Origin: Obrimoposthia wandeli
Taxonomy: Eukaryota
Length of the DNA stretch: 64,000 nt
Direction: 5' to 3'
Assembly (NCBI GenBank): GCA_977020255.1
Contig: CDROCS010005932.1
Coordinates: 1 to 64,000 of the forward strand
Each line of letters opens with the position of its first letter. The first letter of the stretch is position 1. The notes under the pieces are model-generated. The model saw only the letters and a program-made list of their open reading frames with translations. It made no database searches and was not told where the DNA came from. This document shows positions 22,526 through 36,297 of this stretch, piece by piece. Made by a program: the position numbers and the translations under genes.

Positions 22526-23031
22526 ATAAAATAGTGGTTGTTCATAGTTTTCAAAATTTCATTTACTTACTTCTTTTTGTTATTCACTTATAATTATTTT
22601 TTATATATTGTTGAAATTTTGAGGAACATATAGCATAAACAATTATGTTGGGATTAAAATTAATTAAACATGTATTTATGTCTATTCATTTAAATTGACA
22701 TTTTACTGAGGTACCCACAATCAGGGAGGTAGTTTTTTTATCAACCTCCGACGGGGTAAAGCCCCGTTTCGCCTTGCCAGGCTTGTCAGGAGAGCGGCAG
22801 AGAGAGGTGAGGTGTCAGAGATGAGAGAGTGTTTTTTGACCACAGTTTTGTTTATTTTCGCCCAGCAAAGAAGCACGGCGGTTTTTCGCAGCTTTCTTTT
22901 ATCGGCAGTCACATTCTTGGACCAGTGTTGCTGTTTTGGCAGATTCTCTCCCTCGCAGATCCGTCATCCCAATCTCATTCCCTCACACAGTTGGCATCCA
23001 ACTATCGCCACACGTTTCTCAGTAGCCTTAA

Positions 23032-25609
23032 CAGTTCGTCGCTGTTTGGGGTACATTTTGCACCCCAGGCACATTTCAAGTGTTATAAACTCGAATTAAT
23101 CAAACTTTGAGAATTTCTGCTTTATGACTTTTTAAGTTTGACCATTCTACACATCATATCGGAAAGTCAAACATTTTATATACTATGAGGAAGCTCAGAC
23201 ATATTTTTATATGTACTGTCGTTTGGGGTGCATTTTGCACCCCAAACAAATATAATGCATTCTTGTTTTTCAATGCAGAAATCTGACTCTTTAAATTTAT
23301 TTTAGGTACTGAATATTACTATAGTACTCAACCAATCAATAAGCAATTATTGATTCAACAAGAATGTAGATAGGTATATATTGGCAACTCTCATGAGCAT
23401 TCGAATTAGTTGCATTATTATTTTCAGATTGCATTCAATTATATTTCATTCTCTGCATTTGCAATATGTTGCGTCAACTACCACGGAGACTAGCTCGTAA
23501 TGATGCCAACAGACTGTTGTTTGGCCAAGATATTGATGATGACGCCGACTCTATGCATGATTTATCAGAGGATGATGTTGCAAACAATATCGATCAGAAT
23601 CTTCCAAATAATGGTGATGGCGATGCAGCCCCTCCCGTTGCTGATGGAGATGAACAAGCCGATGACTTTCTAGATGAAGAGGTTTTGCGCAATTTGTCAA
23701 GTGGTGAAAGTGACGAAGATGATGATCCACAACAGCAAAGAGGATTGATTTCTCCCAATGGACAAATATGGACATTGAATCAACCGGTAGCAGTTGGAAG
23801 GCAACCAGAGGCTATTATATTCCGTGGTGTCCAAGGATTTCGTCGTGGTTTGCACCCCGAATCACGATTAGAATCTTTTGAAGTATTCTTTGACAGTTCA
23901 GTTGATTGTGCGATAATGTTTACAAACTTGTATGGTCGCAGATTGGCCTGCGAAAAAGGCGTTGAATGGAAGCAAGTGACTGCAAATGAAATGCGAGCAT
24001 TCATTGGACTTCATTTTCTTGCAGGCGCCCTAAAGACACATCATCGAGTACTGGAGGAAATGTGGTCGGATCGTGATGGTCATGCTCCTTTTAGGGCCAC
24101 CATGAGCTGCCAGCGCTTCAAACAACTGAAGCAAGCATTACGCTTTGACGATCCCATAAGGAGGGATAGGGAGGATCCCCTGGCTCCCATTCGTAGAATT
24201 GTGCAATATGTGAATGACAGTCTGGTCTATGCTTATTCGCCAGGCCCATTCATTACTGTTGATGAGCAACTGGTAGAATTCCATGGCAGAGTTCGTTTTA
24301 GACGTTATATACCTACAAAACCAGGCAAATTTGGTATAGAAATCTACTGGTCCGTGGATGCAGACTACAGTTTCCCACTGCGGTGTTTAGTATACATTGG
24401 TGAGAAGACACTTTCGAGACAAGAGAAAGAAGACTCTCCATCAATTCCGGAAGCCGTCGTCTGGAACATTGCTCGTCCCTTGTTGAACGAAGGAAGGAAC
24501 ATCACAGGAGATAATTACTTCTCATCTCTTCACCTATGCCAGAGATTGTTGGAACGGCAGACTACATATGTCGGCACAATGCGACAGAATAAGCGAGAGA
24601 ATCCACCATTAGCAAAGACAACAACTGGACGACACAGGGGTGATAGCATTCACTACTACACTGATGATACCACTCTTTGCTCCTTTTGGGACAAGGGCAA
24701 AAACCTAGTTTTACTAATTTCAACCCAACATAAAGCCCAACAAAATCACCCTGATAGAAAACCAGAAATCGTGATCTTCTATAACAGTACTAAAGCCGGT
24801 GTGGACACCCTTAATAAATTGAATAGGACATTCTCATCGAAGCGCAAGTGTCGCCGTTGGCCTTACTCGATCTTCTTTTCGTTAGCAGATAATGTGTGCT
24901 ATGCTGCCCTGTTGTTATGGAATTCGTCCGAGGTCAACAATGATTCACATTATGCATTCAAAAGAGAGCTGGCATATGAATTGTGTACACCACTGATTCG
25001 ACAAAGATCCACTATCCCCAACCTCCGTAAGACCATCAAAACGGCAATTGAACGTCTTGGTTTACAACCTCATATGGTGCCACTCCCTCGTCAACAAGCA
25101 GTTCGCACTCAGGGAAGGTGCTACATGTGCCCGAGAGGTCCAGACCGCAAACAACGGAAAATGTGCTTCGAGTGTCATCAATTCATTTGTCCAATACATG
25201 GACAAACGCGTAATGTGTTCAATAATTGCATTGTTTAGCTTTATAAACTTATACCTAACTGTAACTGAATAAACTATTAGACTCTCTGTGCCAGAGTACA
25301 CTTCAAGTATATTATGTTCAATTCATCATACTAATAAAGTTTCTGTAACTTTTTCTATTTTCTTAAAATACGTGTCCTATACCAATAAAGTAATGTTTTT
25401 CTATTTCTATAATGAATGGTTCTATAATAATTAGTTTAGCTTTTATGCTTTCTAAGAAACGTTGTGTAGGTAGTAGCTAATAGAGTACTTACTACCAGAA
25501 CAGAACCTATTGCTTCTTTATTTGCAATGAATTCCAATGGAATAGGTTGGGGTGCAAAATGCACCCCAAACGTCGTTTACCTAGTAAAAAAGTGAACAGC
25601 GAAGAACTG
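23032..25609 (+). mobile_element. Full-length piggyBac transposon (2578 bp)
   Basis: TTAA at 23028-23031 and 25610-25613; TIR cagttcgtcgctgtt / aacagcgaagaactg; subterminal palindromes ggggt(a/g)cattttgcacccc at both ends. Confidence 0.95.
23466..25238 (+). CDS. piggyBac transposase, uninterrupted 590 aa
   Basis: ITVDEQLV, KPGKFG, NITGDNYFSS, YNSTKAGVD and a C-terminal Cys-rich domain. Confidence 0.95.
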   Translation: MLRQLPRRLARNDANRLLFGQDIDDDADSMHDLSEDDVANNIDQNLPNNGDGDAAPPVADGDEQADDFLDEEVLRNLSSGESDEDDDPQQQRGLISPNGQIWTLNQPVAVGRQPEAIIFRGVQGFRRGLHPESRLESFEVFFDSSVDCAIMFTNLYGRRLACEKGVEWKQVTANEMRAFIGLHFLAGALKTHHRVLEEMWSDRDGHAPFRATMSCQRFKQLKQALRFDDPIRRDREDPLAPIRRIVQYVNDSLVYAYSPGPFITVDEQLVEFHGRVRFRRYIPTKPGKFGIEIYWSVDADYSFPLRCLVYIGEKTLSRQEKEDSPSIPEAVVWNIARPLLNEGRNITGDNYFSSLHLCQRLLERQTTYVGTMRQNKRENPPLAKTTTGRHRGDSIHYYTDDTTLCSFWDKGKNLVLLISTQHKAQQNHPDRKPEIVIFYNSTKAGVDTLNKLNRTFSSKRKCRRWPYSIFFSLADNVCYAALLLWNSSEVNNDSHYAFKRELAYELCTPLIRQRSTIPNLRKTIKTAIERLGLQPHMVPLPRQQAVRTQGRCYMCPRGPDRKQRKMCFECHQFICPIHGQTRNVFNNCIV

Positions 25610-26958
25610 TTAACAGACCTTAGACATATATTGCATGCAAACAGACACAAATTGACTATTTAACATTTCTCCAGTTACAACAACATGTTCTTAACATCTT
25701 CCCAGTCTGTTCCTCATCTGTGTTGGTGTGTCGGGGCGCCATCACTCATTATGTTTTATATGACCTGATGGTTTGGATGTGTTGGTGAAATGTCTGCATG
25801 TCTATGATGTGCATGTACAACAGGGAAATATTTTCCCAATCAACTGTACACACAAAACCTGCCACTTTGTGCTGCCGTTCTACGACTTCTCTGTCTCTCT
25901 GACAATATAGACTGGCCGATTATGGATTTTTCTTTCAGAATCTGAAATTTTATAAAAATAATTTGTAATATAATATATAAAGGCAGCTGATTTTTATTTG
26001 TTATTTATACAATTATTCGAAAAAAAAATTATTGAATATATTTTTGAAACAATTACAACAAACAATAACAATTATTCGGTTTTTGATTTACAAAGAACTT
26101 ATCATTATAAAATAAAGACTTTACAAATAAAAAATGCAGAATTTAATTACTTTTCTACAATATTTTAATACTGTTAGATTTTAAATAAAAATACAAAAAA
26201 TATTTTCTGTTATTCTTCAATACTATTGCTACTTTTTAAATTTTGATTATGTAAAGAAACTGCAAAAAAAAGCAATTTGTTCCAGGAATAGTCTTTTTGA
26301 TGTTCATAGATTCTGTCAACTTTATATTAACTTTATAAAATTTTATTAAAAGGTGTAAAAATACAATATATATAATTTTATATTATTTAAACAGTCACTA
26401 TAAAAAAATTCTTATCATCTTTGATATTCAATTACAACTTTATAGTTTTATTTTTTAAATGATTGTACAATAGATTATCGAAAATATGGAAAATTTAAAT
26501 AACAATAGGTAAATTGCGTGCACAATTTCCACTAAAATATGTGTGTAATTTAAGTAAACAAATAATTTCAGTAAGTTTTTATACTATTTTGAAAAAAAAA
26601 CTTGTTTATATGTTGCATAGATAATTTTTTATTAATTTATATTTCTTATTAATAACGTAAAATAAAATAAATGTAAAGTTTATCTTGTTTATTCAGTTGT
26701 TATAATAAATTAATTTAATTAGATAAAGCACATTTTTTGAATGTAGTAATAATAAATGCTATATAGCACATTTACTACATAAATATTTTATATTTTTGAT
26801 GTAACATTAATGTCATTAGTATTAACATTGTTTGTTAGCCTTTTGAAAATTTAATTTTTCTAATAACACTTGCGTAATCGTAATTCACTGCGTTTTTTTA
26901 TATTTCATTTTAGTAAGCGTTCTATCCTGGAATCCAGAATTAGGAATTTGTAGAATAA

Positions 26959-27475
26959 ATGAATTTATCGGATTTTTTCTCTTTCAATGATCAATTTCTT
27001 GATGATGACAGCGAAGATGCATTGATTCCGGACCCCTTAGACAATCCCTTGATGAACCTGGATGCTTTCCAGATGCCAGGGGATTGTGATGAAGACATTG
27101 ATGAACCCAGTGTTACTAGAAGAGAATTCAATGACACAACAGTGGAAGAAGAGATTGACAATGTGTTTCTGTGTGATACTGGCTGTAATATTGATGTCTG
27201 TAGGGAGGAAGAAGTTGTAGAAAATAGTAATCAGGTATACAGTTGGGGTGTAATTGATGAAGATAATGCATACAAATTGAATATTAGTCGTAATTCCAAA
27301 AATAATTATTCCCAACAAAATGAAGGCAGACAGCACTTAATAAAAAGAGAATTAGTTGAGATTAATCCTGATCAAAAAGGTCGCAGGACAGATTGTTTCC
27401 AGCGGATGATTGTCAAGAGAGAAGCTACTACAACTTCTCTCAGGGGTTCTGGATTTTACGTAAATTTTCAGAAAG
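26959..27475 (+). CDS. YY1: YY1/pho-like transcription factor, coding exon 1 (acidic N-terminus)
   Basis: ATG at 26959, donor gtgagt at 27476, phase 1 joins the exon at 29406 in frame. Confidence 0.6.
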
Positions 27476-29365
27476 GTGAGTTATTAAGTCTTATAAGTAT
27501 ATTGTGTAACCATTTAGTAATAGTTTTTTAGAAAATTAATACTTTATACACTTATTGTATTATCTCATAAATCTTTGAAAATATCAATTTTAGGTTGATA
27601 AAAGCAATTAAATAAATTTTAGCGAAAGGTTATAATAATATTATAAATATCCATGGTTGATTTGTTTTAATGTGAAATTTTGTTTATTGAGCAACTTCAT
27701 GGAAAAATAAGTTTAATTACTATAGTTGCACTAGTCATAAAATATTATGTAACACGAATGTCACTTAAAATAATATAAGGTAACCGTAAACATCTGGCAA
27801 TGTTTTGTTAACATGAAAACGAAATGTTTAAAGTTTTTATGTTAATTATTAACAATGTAATCTAATCTGCTTTTTATCGATAATATATTTGATAGCTAAA
27901 TATACGTAAATAAAACATACTCATCTATTTGATTTCTAGAAATTGTTAAATAACCAAATTTTCTTAAATTACAAATCAAATTACTGACATACCTAGAACG
28001 TTTTTGTCCGAAATTTTAATACGTGATACTAAATATAAAGTCTACCGATATATGAGTTTTAATTGGTTATTGCAATGTCATCCAATCTTATTTCATTTCA
28101 GTCCATTAATGACTTCAGATTAAATAAATTTATCAACTTATTTATAATATTTTGAATGAAAATAATTTAAATGTTATTATTTCACAAAATTCAGCTTGAC
28201 GTTGGCACACAAATTAACGTCATGCATGATAAGAGCCTATAACACAAATGCTTCATTGTGAACAGATGGTCTTTGGACTCTTACCGAATGACTTTACTTT
28301 TTATACCAATATGGCCTATGTATTTATGTTATTGCACGATATTATGTATTAAATAGAAAATTACATTTGATTTTGAGATAACCAGTCCTTCATCAAATCA
28401 CATTAATTTTACCTTTCGAATTTTATTATTGTTCTTTAAATCATATTTTGGTTTCTTTTATTTTTAATTAAATTTTCAGTTACACTAGTTTAGATGACAT
28501 ACTTTCATAACAAATATTTATTAACAGTTGTAATTTATGCAGTTACGAGATGTTGTCGACTACAGCTAAATACCGGATCTTTAACAGTGTAAACATAGCA
28601 ATTAAACCAAATTCGCACAACATAGCGATGTATTTCACAGGGATAGGTGTTGCACTTCGGTTATGTTGCGTTTTATTGTGAGCTAATTATAGGGGCATTG
28701 ACTTTCGATAATTGCATTCATATTTGATTTTAAAAATATCATATCTAAATGGAAAATATCAAAATGCTGTTATGTTATTTAAAATTGACTATATTTTGTC
28801 TGCAATCTTAAGATATATATTTATCAACATTTTCATTATCAATATACAAAACAAATTGTAAAGAAATTATTGAAAATGACTAAATTTCAAAATTGTCAAA
28901 TTCAAACGTGTGTTAATTTTTTATAATACGTTTCTGTGATTATTTTTATTAGTAGCAACCATATATAAACAATCAAAAAATTGATTCAAACATAAATGAC
29001 GAGTCACACTGTTTGACTTTTTTTATTTATTATACAAATTTTGATTTATGCTAATGAAGTCCTTTTATCTTTATCGTGATAGGTTTGTAATTTCGGACTA
29101 TAGGTAAGGCTTGGAAGCACTTTCCATTGTTTTACGATCAATACTTATTTAGTGTTGCATGTCATATATGGGTGTGTATTTGGGTTTTGACTAAGTCAAA
29201 AAGCGAGAATTTCATTCCTAAAATAAGTTGATTTAGATGATGACATGTATTTATTTCAAATAAATATTATTCTTATGCGAAAACTCGGATTTTGTATTGG
29301 ATTTAGGCTGTTATTGCTAGTTTAACACATTTTTGTTACTGTTAAGAAATTCTTATTCCATCTAG

Positions 29366-30100
<735 letters not shown>

Positions 30101-31405
30101 TAAGTCTTGCTTTGAATATTTTTTTCTATTTTCGAAATAAAAAATAGATACAGATTAAACATTTATCGCCATCAATTTCCTTCATAAATATTCATAGTGG
30201 ATTGTCCAAAATAATTTTAAGGGATACTAAGTTTAGACTTTTAAGCATTTTTGTTATGGATTTTTTTTATTATAAGTACAAAATTAAGCGAATAATCGAG
30301 AAATCACTCAAACAAAAATAGTTGAACGTGGAAATTACATATGTATATTTGATATTGATTAGAAAGTTTTTTTTAAATGGCCTTCAATATTTCATGAACC
30401 TTGAATAATTAGCTATTCTATTACTCTAATGATTGAAATCTTGATTTTTATTATGCATGAATGTTTGTACATATAAATAGTAAAAGAAATTCTTAGGTTG
30501 TATATTATGTTAAGGGTCAGTTTTCTTAAAAAAATATCTGAAATCTTGTTTTTTATTTGCGCCGTTCTTATTTCGTGAATGCTCTTTAGAGATAGGTGTT
30601 ACTCATATTGTGATATGGAACATGTTCAAACAAGTTTCTCTGTTCTTCTATCAACACGAAGTACCATGTACCGTGCTCAAATGAAAGAGAATGTTGAGAA
30701 CTTATTTCAATACAAGTAATACAGTTAAAAATTTGACACTTGCATATGTGAAAAATGATATTTGATAAATAAAACAATTTCACATGGTAGGCTATAATTA
30801 CGTAACCGGCCAATAATTTTTACTACACAATCTTAGTACCACAAACTACTATCTATATTGATTAATTGATACAAAGTTAGGATTCGCATTTGATTTGGCT
30901 TGAAATTCGCATTCCCACTCCAAGTAACATTGGACAATTTTACAATCTATATCGGAATAAGAATTATATTACATAATATATTCTATTATCCACCCATCTA
31001 TGAATAGTGTAAGTGCCATTTCGATTTATGTCAAATGATAAATCCCCATACTAATTGAACATATTTTCATATATTGAATTACAGAACGCTTGGAAAAACT
31101 TTCCATTCGATGAAAATATTTTTAAAGGAATATTTTGCATCCTGATTATAACAAAAATATATTTATCCTTTTTAATTAAATTATACCTGTAATTAGTAAA
31201 ATTTCTATATCGAAGAGATTATTATGGAGAACTGCCATTTATAATTAGACGTGCTTATGGTGAAAGGTCAATACAGATTATGAAATGCTAATGTCTTGAG
31301 AACCTTTATTTTTAAGTCAAGGTCAGTTAAATTATTTAAAACTTTCTAAACGAAATACTGAGTGAGAATGCAACAAGTTTGTAGCAAACCAGTTTTTGCC
31401 AATTA

Positions 31406-31584
31406 CAGTAATTATTCACCTATAAGGGGTCCCACCTATAAGGGTGTCCGGTCACCGAAAATTTCACGTTTCACCTATAATAGTACCTTTCCAAGCTTTA
31501 AAATAATGCATCTATAAGTGATTCGGTGTCGGTCTCTCTCAAAAACATGTTTTAATGAATACCCTTACAGGTGAATAATTACTG
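31406..31584. mobile_element. Tc1/mariner (pogo-like) MITE in YY1 intron
   Basis: TIR cagtaattattcacct(a/g)taaggg with TA on both sides. Confidence 0.85.
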
Positions 31585-31809
31585 TATATGATACACCTAC
31601 TTTTAAAATAAGTGGCAACTGTTAACATTGTTTTATTGTGTATTTCTTGTTGAAGTTGTTGTGCTTGCATTGTTATCTGAACCATTTTCAGATGGAGATT
31701 GCCTAAATAGGTTTACAAGTGATTTCATATTGAGTTTAAACATCTTAGTCCTGGTTGATATGTCCTCTTTCTCACCACATTGAGCTGACGTATCATATAA
31801 CCAACACAG

Positions 31810-32089
31810 GTCCCTCAAGGCATTCTGTGTACCGTCCACTGGCGGTCGTCACACCCAGAACAGTAGTCAGCAACCGCAGCACCATTCCAACAGCAGATCC
31901 ACGAATCCCTCTGTGCTGAGTCGCCCCGGGCGCAAGTCTGGTCACTCCCTCTCCGCCCGCCAACAGCACTTACACCAGCAAACCCCTACATACGTGCTGC
32001 AGCGCAACAACTCCCAGCTCCGGGGCACCATCAATCTCGAGGAGTTCGAGGACGACCTGGACGAGGACAATTCCTCATTCGAGTTTTGA
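31810..32089 (+). CDS. YY1: YY1-like gene, probable terminal exon 3
   Basis: Acceptor cacag, phase 2 matches the exon 2 donor, GC-rich coding-like composition as in exon 2, ends DDLDEDNSSFEF*. Joined CDS is 1491 nt (496 aa). Confidence 0.65.
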
Positions 32090-33357
32090 ACGACCCAGCG
32101 AGCGATCGGCAATAATTCTGTAGTCATATTTTTATTCACACATTCTCACATACATTCACACTGCATAGCCAACATTATCAATGTACATAGCTTTTATATC
32201 CAATTCGCCAACCCGGTCCGACCCCCAGTAACTAACCCTCTCAATATTTGCTACTCTTTATTTATCTACCTAACTTTTTCTCTCTCTCCCTCTCTCTCTC
32301 AATTGTTCAATTTGTTATTGAATAATGTGCATTTAGTTAGTACACACCTGTTACCATTTTATACAAAATATGGTCTTTTTCTGGGTTGTTGCATCGTGTC
32401 GGTTTTCCTGTGTTTCTTACTGCATCATATTTGTTGGTTTTCTTTCTTTCTATTTGCAGAATCACAATTTTCAAGTTTTGTATTTTACCATAATCATATA
32501 TTGGTTTTAATAGATGTATTTAATAAATTTTACTTTGTTGTTTTTAAATTTATTTGTAGTGCTCCGGTGACCCATACCTTTTAAGTTTATGACTAGAACT
32601 TTATTAAAATACAGTGAGCAATTTTTGCTCGTGAATATTTTAACGAAGTTTCGATATTTATGCGTAACTGAGAATTTATGAACCAATTACTTTTAGCTTG
32701 TCTGATAGTAAAACTTGGCAATTTAGAACAAATAGTGTAAATCTAATAAAAATATATTCAAAATGTCTTTATGAAAGTTTTAAAGCTTTAAGCATCATTT
32801 AATATTGCTTATTACTTGAATAATACGTTCTACAATCTTTTGGCATACAAGTCTTCTAGAATCAATAAATGCTTTTTCTGGGTATATCTTTAAAATTCAA
32901 GAACTTTTTCTGTTTAACAAGTGTTCTCAGTTGCAAACTTGACTACAAAACATACTAAAAATTTTATTTTATACGTTATTGTAGTGTTACAGGTAGTATT
33001 AGGTTCAGAAATGGACAATTAAATAAAAGTAACTATATTTATGGTCCTGACCAAGGACATTTACAAGACCATTAGTTAATTATTTTTTAAATGTATGATA
33101 AAAGAAGCAAGAATAATTAACTCTAACTTACCTAAAAGGGAGTTAAGTAAACTCAAATCACCTCTAAAACAATTATTAATAGTCTCCCAAATAAGGTTAA
33201 AAACAAACTTTCATTTAAAATCCAATCGTAAAACATAAATTTAACGTCTATCCGAAAAGGTACCTTCGTATAAATACCGATAAAATCGTCTACCTGTAAC
33301 GATCTTAGCTTTCTAATAATTGAAAAAGCCTGCATAAAGGATTTAATGTTTTATTTG

Positions 33358-35041
33358 TGACTTCCTCGCGAAATATTCGAATAGCGCAGACGTTCAAGGA
33401 TGGAACGATAGAGGAAAATGTGTCCGCGTACAGGCGCATTTTACCGGACTAGCACTCGAAGTGTATAAACATTTTACAGAAGCAGAACGTGCAAATTGGG
33501 AAACATTAGAAAATGCTTTTATAGGAAAATTGGTATTGGGAGATTTAGCAAAAGAGAATAAACGAATATTGAGAGAACAGGACTGAAACATGACGAGAGC
33601 GTGAATGGATATGCGTATGTTTTGAGAACCTAGGCAGCGCAAGCGCATCCAAGAAAAATATTGAGAAATCAGGCAGATGAACCTGTAGCTGAAAATGTAC
33701 AATTAGCGGAAGATAGTTTTGTTAGATATATTCAGAGGACTGACAAAAGACATTAAAGTATTATAGGCAGTATCGGATTCAAATGATTTTGACAACGCCG
33801 TTGGGAAAAAAAATTGGAGAAACAATGATAACCCAACGAAACGTCATTAACTGGAAGCACCAACGTGTCCATTCACCCTAAAATTAAACTGCAAATGAAC
33901 CAGAAATGCAAACAGGAAAAGCACCTAATTTTGACAGTGACAAGATTTCAGAAGAAGGAACAGCCCAAATAAAAAAGCGTTGTAATAAAAAACAGTCGAG
34001 GATATATTCGAAGTAATGCGAGAAATAAACGAATGCAACGAACAGTATCGAGAAGTAACTTTTGAGGATCAACGACTTAAAAAATTGGCAAAAAAAGAGA
34101 CTTTTTGCTATAAAGAAGTATGGTAAAGACGTAATTAAATGCCACAATTGCAAAAAGGAACGACTTATTGATAGATATACTGTTGAGCTACCTAAGAAAC
34201 TTTACATGACGAATTTTGTAATTTTTGTAATTTAAAAAACAAAAAGAACCAAAAGAACCGAAAACAGAATGTATAGTCGAATACCAAATCACACAAAAAG
34301 AGATTTTGGATCAACAAGACACACCAGTAGTGTCATTCGCGAGAATGTTTTATCCAAAAGAATAAGACAGGATCAGAGAATTGGTAGAATTAAAAATAAA
34401 AACTACGCGAGATGGATACGGATCAATTTTTGAATTATTACGAGATAAAATGACAGTACAATTAAACAAGAACAAAAAGAGTACATAAATGAACTAGAAT
34501 ACATGCTGGGAGATCCAGAATATGCAGTTTGCATGGTCAACAAAGTAGAAGTTGCCTTTTTACCATGTGGACACGTGAAAACATGTCGGAGGTGTGCTAA
34601 CGAAATGGTAACATGTCCGATTTGTAGAATGATAATAGATTGACAAATGAGGAATATCAGATTTCACTATCCAAAAAAAATAAATTAGACCGACGAAATG
34701 TAACAATTCGATAGATACAGTATACCATATGGAAAATATAAATACAGCACAGCGACCCGCAGCTATCATTAGAGTCAATAATTTAAAAATAAAAGCCTTA
34801 ATTGACACAGGCACAGTAGCATCGATAGTGAGTTAATATTGTTTGACAGAAGAACAGAAACAAACAATGTCAGAACCAGATGAATTCTTGGTATCGGTCT
34901 ACAGAGACCCTATAAAAGTGACGGGAGTATTACCATGTACATTTGTAATATGACGTAATACGTAACTGGATACATTAGGACTATTGAGAAAATCAAGTAA
35001 ATGTAATAAGTATGTAATAGTATTTACGGACTACATGACGA
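33358..35041 (+). mobile_element. Giant Gypsy copy B, 5' fragment (Gag capsid, BIR, RING, protease, integrase scrap)
   Basis: FLAKY...QGWND...HFTGLALEVY...WETLENAF...ESVNGYAYVL (Gag capsid). 33806-34960 is homologous to 4140-5290, and 34961-35041 to 7690-7762. Confidence 0.85.
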
Positions 35042-35410
35042 TTTTTTTTTAAAATTAGTAATTAAAAAATTTTGTAAATAAATTAAATCAAATTTAAATT
35101 AGATTGAAAATTAGAGATTAGAAGTTAAAAAATAGTCTACTATTAGAATAGTTTGCAGGTTTAAAATTAATTTGTTTTATGATGCCACGTAGGTAGTTGT
35201 TTACAACAAAAAAAAAGAAGAAAAGGTATGGGATCTCGATTTAGTGTTATGCCTTGAAATGGTCGTGATTTAATTATTATTCTTTCTAGAGTTGCGTTGT
35301 ATTCCTTCTAATTGTGCTGTGTAAAGTTTTGTGAAAGAAATTGAAAATATAAAAGAAGGTTTACTTTAGTGATTTGATTTATTTTTAGAGATGACGCCAA
35401 CACGCGAACA

Positions 35411-35451
35411 TGGTAGCAGAGCGTGGTTGGGTTATGGGCCCCCCAGCCACG
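35411..35451 (+). promoter_or_regulatory. Primer-binding site complementary to tRNA-iMet, with a second complementary box
   Basis: TGGTAGCAGAGCGTGGTT right after the LTR, then GGGTTATGGGCCC...AGCCACG. Confidence 0.8.
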
Positions 35452-36297
35452 AAAAAGAAGTACCTCAATGTATAGAGCCTTGGCTCTCAATTAGTGTTTT
35501 ACTCCATAAAATTGAAAAACTTACAAAAATATTTGGAGAATTTATTAAAAAGGAAAATTAGTATAACGCTAACGGAATGCCTGATTGATACAATGTATCA
35601 GTCACGCTACCGGGGATTCATATGCAATCGATGGACCAGGATATATTCTACGAGGTTCAAGACTTTGTAACCCGTATCGAATCTACGTTTCCAGATATTT
35701 ATGGTTCTCTTTTCCATTTCAAAGATAGCCTTATCTATGGTACTGCCCAAAAAGTAATGAAATTGTTGGACAATGCTCTGAAAAGACGAACTAGGAATGA
35801 TATTTCAAACGACCAAGGAATTATTGAATAATCGGAATCACTGTCATTTTACTTCTTCAAATAACAAATTATGATGTAAAAGGTAAATTTGTAAATTGCA
35901 TGGATTGCTCTAATGGTGGACTGTTTTTTAAAATTTTAAAATATAACGTGGGTAGGGACATCCCCAGATATAACCCCAACATTTTTAAAATTTATGATAT
36001 TCATGATTACGAATTTAACAATTTATTTAGGTACTATTACAAATTGCAGCTACGAATTGTTTTAGTAGGAAATGCGTTAGTAGCATATCCAATAACATTT
36101 AATATGCTTGTTGAAGTTAAGATAATGATGAAACCAGACACTCTTGTAAAATTTGGTCCTATGGGACAGCCTACACCATTAATGGAAGGAGTACTAATGG
36201 GTGAATTAAAAAGTTTTTTAGGGGTGTTAGAGAAAGGAAATGTAAGGTTCTTTTAATTATATTAATTGATTTAGAGTTTAGTTTAGTCCTAAATAAG

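Noticed and set aside
22700-25915. GC-richer flanks on both sides of the piggyBac that may be one older element
   Set aside because: Joined translation across the TTAA gives no recognisable domain; too weak to annotate.
31633-32139. Minus-strand ORFs 31633-31839 and 31942-32139
   Set aside because: Overlap the YY1 terminal exon or intron; the plus-strand splice-phase evidence is stronger.
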